A stretch of DNA of 64,000 bases from Zygnema circumcarinatum SAG 698-1b. Taxonomy: Eukaryota > Plantae > Zygnematophyceae. The notes under the pieces were generated by a model that saw only the letters and a list, made by a program, of their open reading frames with translations, did not search any database and was not told the DNA's origin. Position numbers and translations under genes: made by a program. Positions 29,327 through 40,353 of this stretch are shown piece by piece (within the stretch, counting starts at the first letter, position 1; each line of letters opens with the position of its first letter). The stretch covers positions 3,360,829 through 3,424,828 of the forward strand of contig CM074807.1 of the NCBI GenBank assembly GCA_037447605.1, written 5' to 3'.

Positions 29327-30349
29327 TTAGCTCGTTTCAACTCGGAGGTGCAGAACACTGTGAAGAGGAGGTGGGGGCGCCTCGGAGGGTTCTTTGGGCT
29401 TCCGTCCGAACATCTGTAGAACCAGAAAATGAACTGAACGGAGTGAGCATGGAAGCAGTAGAGCCCAAAAAAGGATGATGTCTATTCTTGTTGCTTTCCT
29501 CACGTCCTTACTTTGGCCTGTCCGTGAGACATTACATCATGGAACAAGTTATGGGTCATAGAACTGAAATTAGTTTGGTTTCCTCTGTAAGCCACAAAGA
29601 TCAAACCGCTGCAGCGATCACGAATAAACAAATTTGTTGAACGTTTTGGGAGGCGACTTCGCTCCTACAGTTGAATTAATGACAAGTTAAATCAAGCTTA
29701 AGTAACCGTTAGGGAAAGAACGTGGCTATTAACCTGAAGTCTCCCTCTCTTCTCCTCTCTCCTTCTCCTCTGTCCCTCCCAATTCCCTTCTCGCACTCCC
29801 TCTTTCCTCGTCCCCCCCTCCCCCTCCTCAACTCCCTCGCTCTCCTTCTCTCCTCCCATCCCCTCCCCTCCCCTCCCCCACTCCCACTCCCTCCCCCTTC
29901 CCCCTCACTCTACCTCCTCCTCCACCCCTTCTTTTCCCACCTCCCCCTCCCACCCTCCCTCCTATCCATCTCCCCCCCCCCCCTCTCGCCCTCTCCCCCT
30001 CTCCCCCTTTCCCCCTCTTCCCCACTCCCCCTCTCCCCCTCTCCCCCTCCCCCCCTCCCTCTTTCCCCCTCCCCCCCTCCCTCTTTCCCCCTCCCCACCT
30101 CCCCCTCTCCCCCTCTCCCCCTCTCCCCCTCCCTCCCTCCCTCCACCCCTCCCGCTCTCCCCCCCTCCATCTCTCCCCCTCCCTCCCCCTGCCCTCCAAG
30201 CCCACCTTCCTGAGCGTGTTCTTCAATCAGGCGGAGTGCTCCTCCGGCGACGCGCGCAGAAACTCCTTCGCGTGCTCACGCAGTTTCCCGACCGCTGACG
30301 TGGGCTCGGGCCGCCCGCACCCTCCCTCCCCGCCCGCCGCCCCCGCCAT
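29327..30349 (-). CDS. Candidate 76-aa selenoprotein (TGA41 = Sec) of an uncharacterised small plant-type family
   Basis: Exon 1 is 30206-30349 (ATG to AAG|GTGGGC) and exon 2 CDS is 29327-29413 (ctacag|ATG to TAA), joined by a phase-0 intron. Product: MAGAAGGEGGCGRPEPTSAVGKLREHAKEFLRASPEEHSA(U)LKNTLRK|MFGRKPKEPSEAPPPPLHSVLHLRVETS. The in-frame TGA is at 30229-30227 and a SECIS lies downstream on the same strand. Confidence 0.8.
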
Positions 30350-30615
30350 GGATCCTCCCTTATGCGATCTCCCTGCGAAGGGGCAAAAAGAAGAGGGGGG
30401 GGAAAGCTTCTAGAAGGACGGCCGGTTCTTTCTTTTAGCCAATGGGAAGTCGTCACGTGGACACTTTGCCCACGTGGCGAAGATGTTTAACTTTAAGTCA
30501 ATGTACGAATATGTTGAACCAAGGCGACATAACTGTCCGGACACAAAGGCTGGAGGCGCAGCACACTCCTGGAGGCACTACCCAAATTTCAAAACAGCCA
30601 TAGGAAAGTAGATTG

Positions 30616-32045
30616 ACATGCTACGTGGCACAGTTTCATTGGTTCAAACTGAGGCTAGGTACACAGCTGCCACAAAACAGCCGCTGGAATTTGTCGTATT
30701 AACCACCTGTCGCGCCGACACCTTCATGTCGGCGCATTCAAAAAGACAAGCACATGTACTGTAGAGTCAAAGAAACAGACAAAACAACATTGTACGTTAC
30801 ACCCAAAAAAAAAAGGAAAATGATACAGCGGCCCCACATTTTGGATATCGGCGCCCCCTTTTGGGAAAAATTGTACTTTTTTTTTTGGCTAATCACCCTC
30901 CCCTTGGATCTTTCGGGAGGAGAGATCTTGTAGACAATCGGACCCCGCGCCTCGCGCGCAGGATCCGACCGTGCACCAACGTACGACGCCGCGCATCGCG
31001 GCGTGGCCCGCGAGATGCGGCGAGCCTACGGAAAAGTTGTCCTCACCTGACCCGTTTGGGTCAGAGGTTGCCACGTGGCAGTCTGCCATTGGCCATCCCT
31101 GCTGCCGGTCCCCCATGCCGATACAGTGGACCCCCACCTTGTACAGTGCGTCCCCAAGAAATTTGCCCCGATTTTGCCGAAACCACCTTTTTGTACGGTA
31201 ACTCAATGTTAACGTATTAGGGGTGTTAACCTAACCTGAACTATTCTCCAATACAAAATTTGTTAATCGAAACGGATTTCAAACATGGGTCACGCTTTTA
31301 CGCTGTACGGTTAATACGAATAAAATCTCTGAGTCGTACGATATACGTACGGCACCAATAGGAGATCGTGTATCTAAATCACGGTACGATACGATACGAT
31401 ACGATATATACGAACAGACATGAACTCTAACATAATACCGCTCGCCTATTGGTAACACGGACCTTATATTTGCAAATTACAATATTTTCGCCCAGTATTT
31501 GCCGAAACCATGGCGAAAATATTATGGGGGTCCACTGTATCGGCATGGGGGACCGGCAGCAGGGCTGTCCAATGGCAGACTGCCACGTGGCAACCTTTGA
31601 CCCAAACGGGTCAGGTGAGGACAACTTTTCCGTAGGCTCGCCGCATCTCGCGGGCCACGCCGCGATGCGCGGCGCCGTACGTCGGTGCACGGTCGGATCC
31701 TGCGCGCGAGGCGCGGGGTCCGATTGTCTACAAGATCTCTCCTCCCGAAAGATCCAAGGGGAGGGTGATTAGCCAAAAAAAAAAGTACAATTTTTCCCAA
31801 AAGGGGGCGCCGATATCCAAAATGTGGGGCCGCTGTATCATTTTCCTTTTTTTTTTGGGTGTAACGTACAATGTTGTTTTGTCTGTTTCTTTGACTCTAC
31901 AGTACATGTGCTTGTCTTTTTGAATGCGCCGACATGAAGGTGTCGGCGCGACAGGTGGTTAATACGACAAATTCCAGCGGCTGTTTTGTGGCAGCTGTGT
32001 ACCTAGCCTCAGTTTGAACCAATGAAACTGTGCCACGTAGCATGT
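30616..32045. repeat. Long inverted repeat: arms 30616-31135 and 31526-32045 (~520 bp each, few mismatches) with a ~390-bp spacer; possible foldback or non-autonomous DNA element
   Basis: For example acatgctacgtggcacagtttcattggttcaaac at 30616 is the reverse complement of the sequence ending at 32045. The right arm ends at a 10-N gap, so the true termini and any TSD are not visible. Confidence 0.88.
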
Positions 32046-32055
32046 NNNNNNNNNN

Positions 32056-33075
32056 GGATATTAGCCAAAAAAAAAAAGTACAATTTTTTCCCAAAAGGGG
32101 GCGCCGATATCCAAGAGGTGGGGCCGCTGTATCATTTTCCAAAAAAAACAAACGAAAGTACGGACGTACTGGCTCTACGGTTTCCATGTTGGCGTAGCCG
32201 TGAACGGAACTGCGGACGGAGGGCTCCGCATGGAGCGGGCGGGCGCGGTCATGGCGGCATGAGGGCGGTCGTGCAGCGCGTGACGCGCGCCAGCGTCAAG
32301 GTTTTAGGGTTTAGGGTTTAGGGCTTGGGGGTTTAGGGTTGGGGGTTGTAGGGTTTAGGGCTTGGGATTTTAGGGTTGGGGGTTTAGGGTTTTAGGGTTG
32401 GGGGTTTTAGGGTTGGGAGTTTTAGGGTTGGGGGTTTTAGAGTTGGGGGTTTTAGGATTGGGAGTTTTAGGGTTGGGGATTTTAGGCTTGGGAGTTTAAG
32501 GGTTGGGGGTTTTTAGGGTTGGGGAGTTATAGGGTTTAGGTTTTGGGGTTTTAGGGTTCGGGGCTTTAGGGTTTAGGGCTTGGGGTTTTCGGGTTTAGGT
32601 TTAAGGTGTTTGGGATTTTTCACGAAACGCTGTCGAAGTTTGACTCTTTTTTCCTTTCCTTTTTATTAATATATGTTACTTCTTTTTTATGTATGCATTC
32701 CTTCATGTTTTTTGAATTCAGGTTGATGGAAAAGTGGTGTCGGAGATCGGGCCGGGGCTGTGCGTGCTGGTCGGCATCCTCGAGTCCGACTCCGACAGCG
32801 ATGCGGAATTCATGTGAGCACGGACATGAATGAATTTGGGTGCGGAATGCGGAATGCGGAAAACGGAATGCGGAATTTGGGTTGAAGTATTTGACGTGCG
32901 GAAGAAGAAGGGGCGGACTTGCGCGCATGAAAAGAGTCGAAAGAAGAAATGAATGAGGATGAGAGTAGGGCCCGAAAAGTGGAAATGGCAGATGTGGGGG
33001 CTGGTTGGTGGCTGCTGAATGGGGCGAAGGAGGGGATGGAGGGAGAGGGAGAGTCGCTCTCTGTCTCCCTTGTTC

Positions 33076-33115
<40 letters not shown>

Positions 33116-34431
33116 GCGCTCTCTTTCTCCCCGCCCTCCCCTCTTTCTACTCTCTGTATGCCTGTCTCACTCGCCCCCTCTCCGTCACTCTCCTCTCCCG
33201 CGATGTCTATATATTTCTGCCACTCCGTACCCTCTCCCCGCTCGAACTCCTCTCTCTCTTCCTTCGACCTTCCATGCCATCGATGCTTTCCTCCCCCAGA
33301 GAGAGCGAGAGAGAGAGGGAGAACGAACGAGAGAGAGAGAGCGCGAGAGAGCGAGAGGGAGCGAGAGAGAGTGAGAAAGAACGAGAGAGAGAGCGCGAGA
33401 CNNNNNNNNNNGGATATTAGCCAAAAAAAAAAAGTACAATTTTTTCCCAAAAGGGGGCGCCGATATCCAAGAGGTGGGGCCGCTGTATCATTTTCCAAAA
33501 AAAACAAACGAAAGTACGGACGTACTGGCTCTACGGTTTCCATGTTGGCGTAGCCGTGAACGGAACTGCGGACGGAGGGCTCCGCATGGAGCGGGCGGGC
33601 GCGGTCATGGCGGCATGAGGGCGGTCGTGCAGCGCGTGACGCGCGCCAGCGTCAAGGTTTTAGGGTTTAGGGTTTAGGGCTTGGGGGTTTAGGGTTGGGG
33701 GTTGTAGGGTTTAGGGCTTGGGATTTTAGGGTTGGGGGTTTAGGGTTTTAGGGTTGGGGGTTTTAGGGTTGGGAGTTTTAGGGTTGGGGGTTTTAGAGTT
33801 GGGGGTTTTAGGATTGGGAGTTTTAGGGTTGGGGATTTTAGGCTTGGGAGTTTAAGGGTTGGGGGTTTTTAGGGTTGGGGAGTTATAGGGTTTAGGTTTT
33901 GGGGTTTTAGGGTTCGGGGCTTTAGGGTTTAGGGCTTGGGGTTTTCGGGTTTAGGTTTAAGGTGTTTGGGATTTTTCACGAAACGCTGTCGAAGTTTGAC
34001 TCTTTTTTCCTTTCCTTTTTATTAATATATGTTACTTCTTTTTTATGTATGCATTCCTTCATGTTTTTTGAATTCAGGTTGATGGAAAAGTGGTGTCGGA
34101 GATCGGGCCGGGGCTGTGCGTGCTGGTCGGCATCCTCGAGTCCGACTCCGACAGCGATGCGGAATTCATGTGAGCACGGACATGAATGAATTTGGGTGCG
34201 GAATGCGGAATGCGGAAAACGGAATGCGGAATTTGGGTTGAAGTATTTGACGTGCGGAAGAAGAAGGGGCGGACTTGCGCGCATGAAAAGAGTCGAAAGA
34301 AGAAATGAATGAGGATGAGAGTAGGGCCCGAAAAGTGGAAATGGCAGATGTGGGGGCTGGTTGGTGGCTGCTGAATGGGGCGAAGGAGGGGATGGAGGGA
34401 GAGGGAGAGTCGCTCTCTGTCTCCCTTGTTC

Positions 34432-34471
<40 letters not shown>

Positions 34472-34757
34472 GCGCTCTCTTTCTCCCCGCCCTCCCCTCT
34501 TTCTACTCTCTGTATGCCTGTCTCACTCGCCCCCTCTCCGTCACTCTCCTCTCCCGCGATGTCTATATATTTCTGCCACTCCGTACCCTCTCCCCGCTCG
34601 AACTCCTCTCTCTCTTCCTTCGACCTTCCATGCCATCGATGCTTTCCTCCCCCAGAGAGAGCGAGAGAGAGAGGGAGAACGAACGAGAGAGAGAGAGCGC
34701 GAGAGAGCGAGAGGGAGCGAGAGAGAGTGAGAAAGAACGAGAGAGAGAGCGCGAGAC
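32056..34757 (+). repeat. Direct duplication 32056-33401 / 33412-34757 (offset 1356), probably an uncollapsed contig overlap
   Basis: The two copies appear identical (same ORFs in the track), and copy 1 is bounded on both sides by 10-N gaps. Confidence 0.9.
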
Positions 34758-34792
34758 AGAGAGAGAGAGAGAGCGCGAGTGATGGAGAGGGA

Positions 34793-34823
<31 letters not shown>

Positions 34824-36010
34824 CCTTGAGCGGGCCCCTCCCCTTGCTTGCAGGTGCAGGAAGGTGCTGAGCATGCGGATGTGGCCGGGGGAGGGCGGGG
34901 CCAAGGCGTGGGACCAAAGCGTACGGCTCTTTTGTCGTCTTTACCCTCCTCTAAGACATACCTCTCTCCAGTTTTTTTTTTTTGAAGTGTTAGAGAGAAT
35001 GTCTAGAGTGTGTGTGTACCCTTTGGTCCCTTTTTGATGTTTTTTTCTTTTTTGTTTTTTTTTGGTTTTGGTACCCTTGGGGTGTGCAGGTGGTGCAGAA
35101 GGAGTATGAAATTCTTTTGGGTGCAGCGCTGAACCCTAAACCCCTTGAAGCCTCTGCCGCCTCTTGAACTGAAATTTCTGACTTAAGCTAATTGTTTAAT
35201 TTTACTATTATTTTATTTCATTTCATTTCTTTATTGGATTTATCCATTTTTATATTTATATTTATATTTATATTTATATGTATATTTTTTGTTGTTGTTG
35301 GGTGTTTGTCCAGTGAGCCAGTTCACCCTGTACGGACAGCTGAAGGGCAGCAAGCCTGACTTCCACCTCGCGATGGCGCCCCAACGCGCCCGCCCGTTCT
35401 ATGCGGCGCTGGTTCAACGGATTGCGTCGGCCTACAACACGGAACGGGTCAAAGGTTCGAACCTTGCGCCCGCTCCCTTCTTCTTCTTCGTCTTTCCTCT
35501 CGTGCCCTTCATTTGTTTGGAAGAATCTTTGGAGCATGGTGATGCGAACAAGGAGAAAGTGATGTTTTTCGATGTCAAAAGTGATGCAAAGTGATGTGAA
35601 GATGATGTCGAATGGGTGTGAAGTGATGTTGCTGATGTCAAAAGTGATGTCGTGGGGCGGCGGGCAGATGGGATTTTTGGAGCGATGATGGAGGTGCCTG
35701 CCCCCCCTTCTCCCTCTCCTCCCCCAATTTTTATGTTTGGGCCTCGTGGTTTTCCTTTCTTGGTTACTTTGTATGTTGAAATTTCATGTTTTTTTGATGT
35801 ATGGCGGCCCGAGTGTGCTGATTGGTTCGTTTCTTTATTTTCGTCGACAAATGTGCGAACATGGCATGGCATGGCATGGGAGCGATTTCATGTGTCCTTC
35901 TTGTACGGTCAATGTACGGACGGCGGCAGGTGAACATTGTGAATGACGGGCCGGTCACGTTGCAATTGGACTCAAAGAAATTCACATACGAGGAGGACAG
36001 AAAGGGATAG
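33615..36010 (+). CDS. DTD: D-aminoacyl-tRNA deacylase (DTD1 type), 7 exons, 159 aa
   Basis: Exons 33615-33656, 34078-34169, 34854-34920, 35090-35120, 35314-35454, 35668-35693 and 35930-36010 are all phase-compatible (480 nt). Motifs MRAVVQRV, SQFTLYG, KPDFH, FGAMM and NDGPVT (Gly-Pro motif) are present. Exons 1-2 are repeated at 32259-32300 and 32722-32813 in the duplicated block. Confidence 0.96.
33657..33962 (+). repeat. Degenerate telomere-like (TTTAGGG/TTAGGG/TTGGGG) array in DTD intron 1 (duplicate at 32301-32606)
   Basis: Starts gttttagggtttagggtttagggcttggggg and continues for ~300 bp directly after the donor. Confidence 0.9.
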
Positions 36011-36880
36011 AGAGGGAGAGGGAGAGGGAGAGAGCGAGAGAGAGAGAGGGAGAGAGCGAGAGGGGGAGGGAGAGTGGAGAGCGAGAGAGTAAGGGAGTCC
36101 ATATAAAATATTACGCCCAAAAAAAGTTCAAATAGGGGTGTCAATCATTACTTGTAGAAAGGCTACTTCATTTTTTACCTCAATATCGAACAACATTTTG
36201 AATCCACACAGTGAAACTTGCCGTGGTTGTCAATAACCGTCCGATGAGTGTCCACCCCTCCCTCCGTGCCACGTGGCACACATCGGCGCCCTTGGCAGGT
36301 GCCCCTAGAGCCGTGCTGTTGTTGGCGGCCTCGAAGCAAACCTGCGCCCATGGCTCTTTCCATTCGTTCCTAGGCCATTGTTGTGAACGGGTTGGTTCCA
36401 CGTGGTTCCCCATGTTGTTGTTGTTGTTGTTGTTGAACATGCACCCACCTTTCATGTACCTTTCGCCATACGTGAGACCAATGCCAGATCCATTCCTTTT
36501 CACTTTCCAACCACCAAACAACAAATTCATGCTCTCACATGCCTTGGACCATGTCCTATTGTTCAACAACTTGCCTACATCAAACATTGCAATTCTTTGG
36601 GAGTGCTTCATATGTTTGGTCTGCCCAGCACTAGCCAATGCCGAGGCTCCTTCTCACAAACTGCTTCCCTAATTTCAAATCACGCTGTATTCCGCACATT
36701 TACACGACCCATGTTCATATTTCTAAGTTCCAATATACCAATTCCTTATACTCTATATTCTATATTCCTTATACCAATTTGCAATCTTATTCTCCACTGC
36801 TCGAAATACAATGTCCTCCAACCCCCTAAAGTCCTAACCCTCTAAAACCCTGAACCCCAATGACCCCTTCCCATGCCCAC

Positions 36881-38751
36881 TCATTCCCCCCCCAGCTCCC
36901 TCCGCACCATCGCCTGCAGCAGCCCCTTGGCGCCTTGCACCGGCGCCACCATGTGCCCCGCCACGAGCGTACGGAAGGGCCACCCCTCCGCGACCCGTAC
37001 GGCGCGGCGCAGGCGCGGGACCTCCCGCCGCTTGCCCGCGCGCAGGGCCAATGGGAGGAGCCCGCCGACCTGCTCGTACAGCCCCGCCAGCCGCATCGTC
37101 CATCGGTTGAACGGGAACCTGGACACGTGGCAGACCATGGGTGGGCGGGGGGTTGGCACACATGGAACAGGCTTGGGAGGGTTTCTAGGGCATTTTAGGG
37201 TTTCTAGGGTTTTTTAGGGTTTCAGGGTTCACAAAGAGTTTCTAGCAGTGAGAGGTTGTAGGGCTCATGGGGTTTCTTTGGGGTTTTATGAGGGCATCCT
37301 TAGGGTATCTTCGCAAGTTCCCCAACAAGTTGTTGTTGACATATGAGGAGAGCGCACAACAACAACGACGATGAATGGCGGAGTAACGGGCAACGGAACT
37401 GACTTGACCATGGAGTCGTCCCCATAGAACAGCGCGTCGGAGCATAGCAGCACTCCGCTCGCGCGGTGGAAGAAGAGGCCCTCGACGGGGAGGGCGGCCT
37501 GCACCTCGCGCAGGTCCAGGACCACCTGCCACGTGGCACAATAACAAGGAAGGAAGGGGAACTTTAAATCAAGTTCAATTAAATCAAATTACATCAAATC
37601 AATTCAGAGCAACAAACATTGTTATAAGCAGTAAACGACAATCCAAAATTTCTTTGATTGCGAGTTGTCATATTGGAACCCCACTCCAAACTTTGACCAA
37701 AACCTGCACCAACACTGCGACGAAGACCAACCCAAACCCTAATTCCCAAACCAAACCCTAATTCCGTCCGTACAGTACCTGCTCTATGGCCCCGCCCCAT
37801 GCCTGCGGCGGAGCCTCGTTTCGGAGCACCTCCGCCTCCTTGAGCCCCCATCGAACCGCCAAACTGAGCTCCTTCAAAGGCAGCGACGTGTACAGTTTGG
37901 CGGCGGGATACCTCTTCATATATTGCCGCGCAAAGACGCCATGTTCGGGTGCGCTGCTGCCGACCACCACATGGGCGATGGGGCCAAGTTCGGCCAATTT
38001 TAGGTTAACTTGGTCGGTCAAGTTGACCGGGTCGTGCAGCCAGACGCCGCCACCTGGCAGTTTGATCGCCGTCATACGGAGAACTGGAACGGGCACATGG
38101 AGAAGCAGGGGGGAAGGAAATTAGGGTTTTGGGGTTTGGAGGGTTTTTTGAAAATGGAGGGAGGTAGGGAAATTGGGGACAATAGACAGATTAGGGTTTA
38201 GGAGAATCAGCTTATAGTGGGTCTCTTTTTGGGGGTTCAGGGGAAATAGAAGCTTAATGGTAAAGAGTTTAGTAAGAACATAAACAAAATGATGATGATA
38301 GGATAAGTAAATAAACAAAGAAAGAAATGTTATGATTAACACTGAATAGATAACGGATTAAATGGGCAGTTAAACAAGCCTAGGTTTAGATCAACTCACG
38401 TGGATCCAATCCGAGCGAGCGCAGCCCGAGCGACTGCGTGAAGGTCCACACGCCCTCTGCCACTTCCAGAATCTCGATTCCACCGGATCCATCGGAGACC
38501 TCGGGAACCAATGCCTGGCTGCCATCTGTCACGAGGGCGCTCCGAACGTTCAACGAACTGTTCAACTTCTGAGTGGAATTGGATCCACTTTGGCTCCTCT
38601 CTCTGAGCAGGGAAGGGGAGGGCCAACCATGGCTCGTCTTTGGTCGCAATCGGACGGCGGAGAAGTTGACTCGTGGCAGCCTCTGATTGGGCGGAAGTAG
38701 GCTCGAGGGAGAAGCCGCCAATGGGAGGAGGAGGCTCTGGGAAGCTGCCAT
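36881..38751 (-). CDS. DUF4336-like (metallo-hydrolase-like fold) protein with a probable plastid transit peptide, 4 exons
   Basis: Exons 38400-38751, 37779-38083, 37404-37525 and 36881-37118 have consistent phases. Motifs RMTAIKL.GGGVWLHDPV, EH.VF, FFHRASG.L...DA and GH near the C-terminus; Ser/Arg-rich N-terminus. Confidence 0.8.
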
Positions 38752-40353
38752 GTGGCAACCCCGGATTGGCGGAGAGAAGGAAAAATGGGGTAGGGGGGTG
38801 GCACCTGCATGCAATGCACAAGGAAAAAAAGGGTTTCATAATTTTTGTTTAGTTTTCTTATTTTTAGGTTTGAAAGTATGCAGTAATTGGCTCTTTATTC
38901 CTTTTGGGATTTTGGGTTTAAGCAGTTTAAAGGGGGAGCGGGAGGAAGGGGTTCAGAGCAAAAGATTTTTCTTTTTGAAGTATGGAGGCGCGTGCTCGTT
39001 TAGCTCCATTGCGTAAAGCATAAGGGTAGTAATTTTATAATGAACAAATAAATAAATGGAAGAAATGAAAAAGATCGATCAAATGTGCCGCAAATTAAAA
39101 AATAAAAATTAAAAATGAGTCCAATCTTCATTCCTTTGTGTTTTCATGTTTTTAATGTTTTTTTTCCTCCTCGCTGCGCCCACCACCAGTCAGGCCCTCC
39201 CTGCCTCACCTTCGCCTTCACCTGCGCAAAGCGAAGGGCTCAAAGGCGCTCTCGAGGGCTACGATTGCAACGACTATTCTTTATTTCCACTTTGAAAAAA
39301 AAAATACTGACGTTGACCTCTGATAAAATTGGCGCTGGGCGCAAAAAATGCCACCAGGGGGGATGGGGGGGAGGACGACACGTGGCAAACTCCAACTGGT
39401 TCGGCTACGCTTCACTCCCATTCGTTAACTGCCACGTGTCGACATCCCATTCGCGGAATTTCAAGACGGCAACTAGTCAGTCCACGTGCTCAGCAGCCAT
39501 TGGGCGATGGTTCATATGACGTATCGTGGCGTATTTCTGGCCAATTGTGGGACGTGCGAGACTTGCGGGCTGGCCGACCGCGCAACCTCGGAAAAAGTTG
39601 ACCGGCGGTCACCGCGGTTCGATGGCGGGCAGCATGGCCATGCATGCAATGGGGGGGCACCGACGAGACGTGACAGCGCACGGAACACGCCACCGCGTTC
39701 TTGTGCGACGAGGCGTGAAACTGACCACTACGTAAGACCCAGAAAAAGTAAGAAAATTGGCCGTGACGGAACACGGCGGCGCGTTGAACTGGACGCGGAA
39801 TCACCGCATGGAATCCCGCTTCGTCTGCCCCACTTCCAGCGACTGTGGATGGCGCCAATGGTTGGTTCCACAAGACCAACGGTTGAACGAAACAAAAGCG
39901 AAGGGGAATCGCTCTCTCCTCGCATTTCAATTTCTAAGTTGAGTTCAAAATACAGTGAAATGGTTCGCCGTTCCTCCAGCGACCACACCATAGCGGCGGC
40001 CCCTATCTGTACGTGAGCTATAATGAACTATAATGAGTGAGAAGGTGGGTCCTCATGAAAAAGCTGCGCCAACCTACTCGGCTAAATGCAATGAATAAAC
40101 AAAATGCGCCCTTTTAACGCGTACAAAAAAAGCATGAGAAAATGCAGGTGGTTTGCTCCTGAACATGGTTGGCATACCGAGGTTGACATGAAAGCCACCA
40201 TGCGCAAAAGCAGGACCCATCGCCATTTGAACTATTATGGCTCGAACTATGCAGCGGGCGGCAGGAGTGGGCAGCAGCTACGCCTTGGAGCGGAAATGGA
40301 CGTGAGAGAGAAACGGGAGCTTGCTGAAAAGCCATCCAAAACCCTAAACCCTT

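Noticed and set aside
30227-30229. TGA as a simple nonsense mutation or base-call error
   Set aside because: Not excluded, but disfavoured because an independent, complete SECIS lies downstream on the same strand.
32056-33401. Apparent second DTD gene or exon 1-2 duplication
   Set aside because: Identical to 33412-34757 and bounded by 10-N gaps; most likely an uncollapsed contig overlap.
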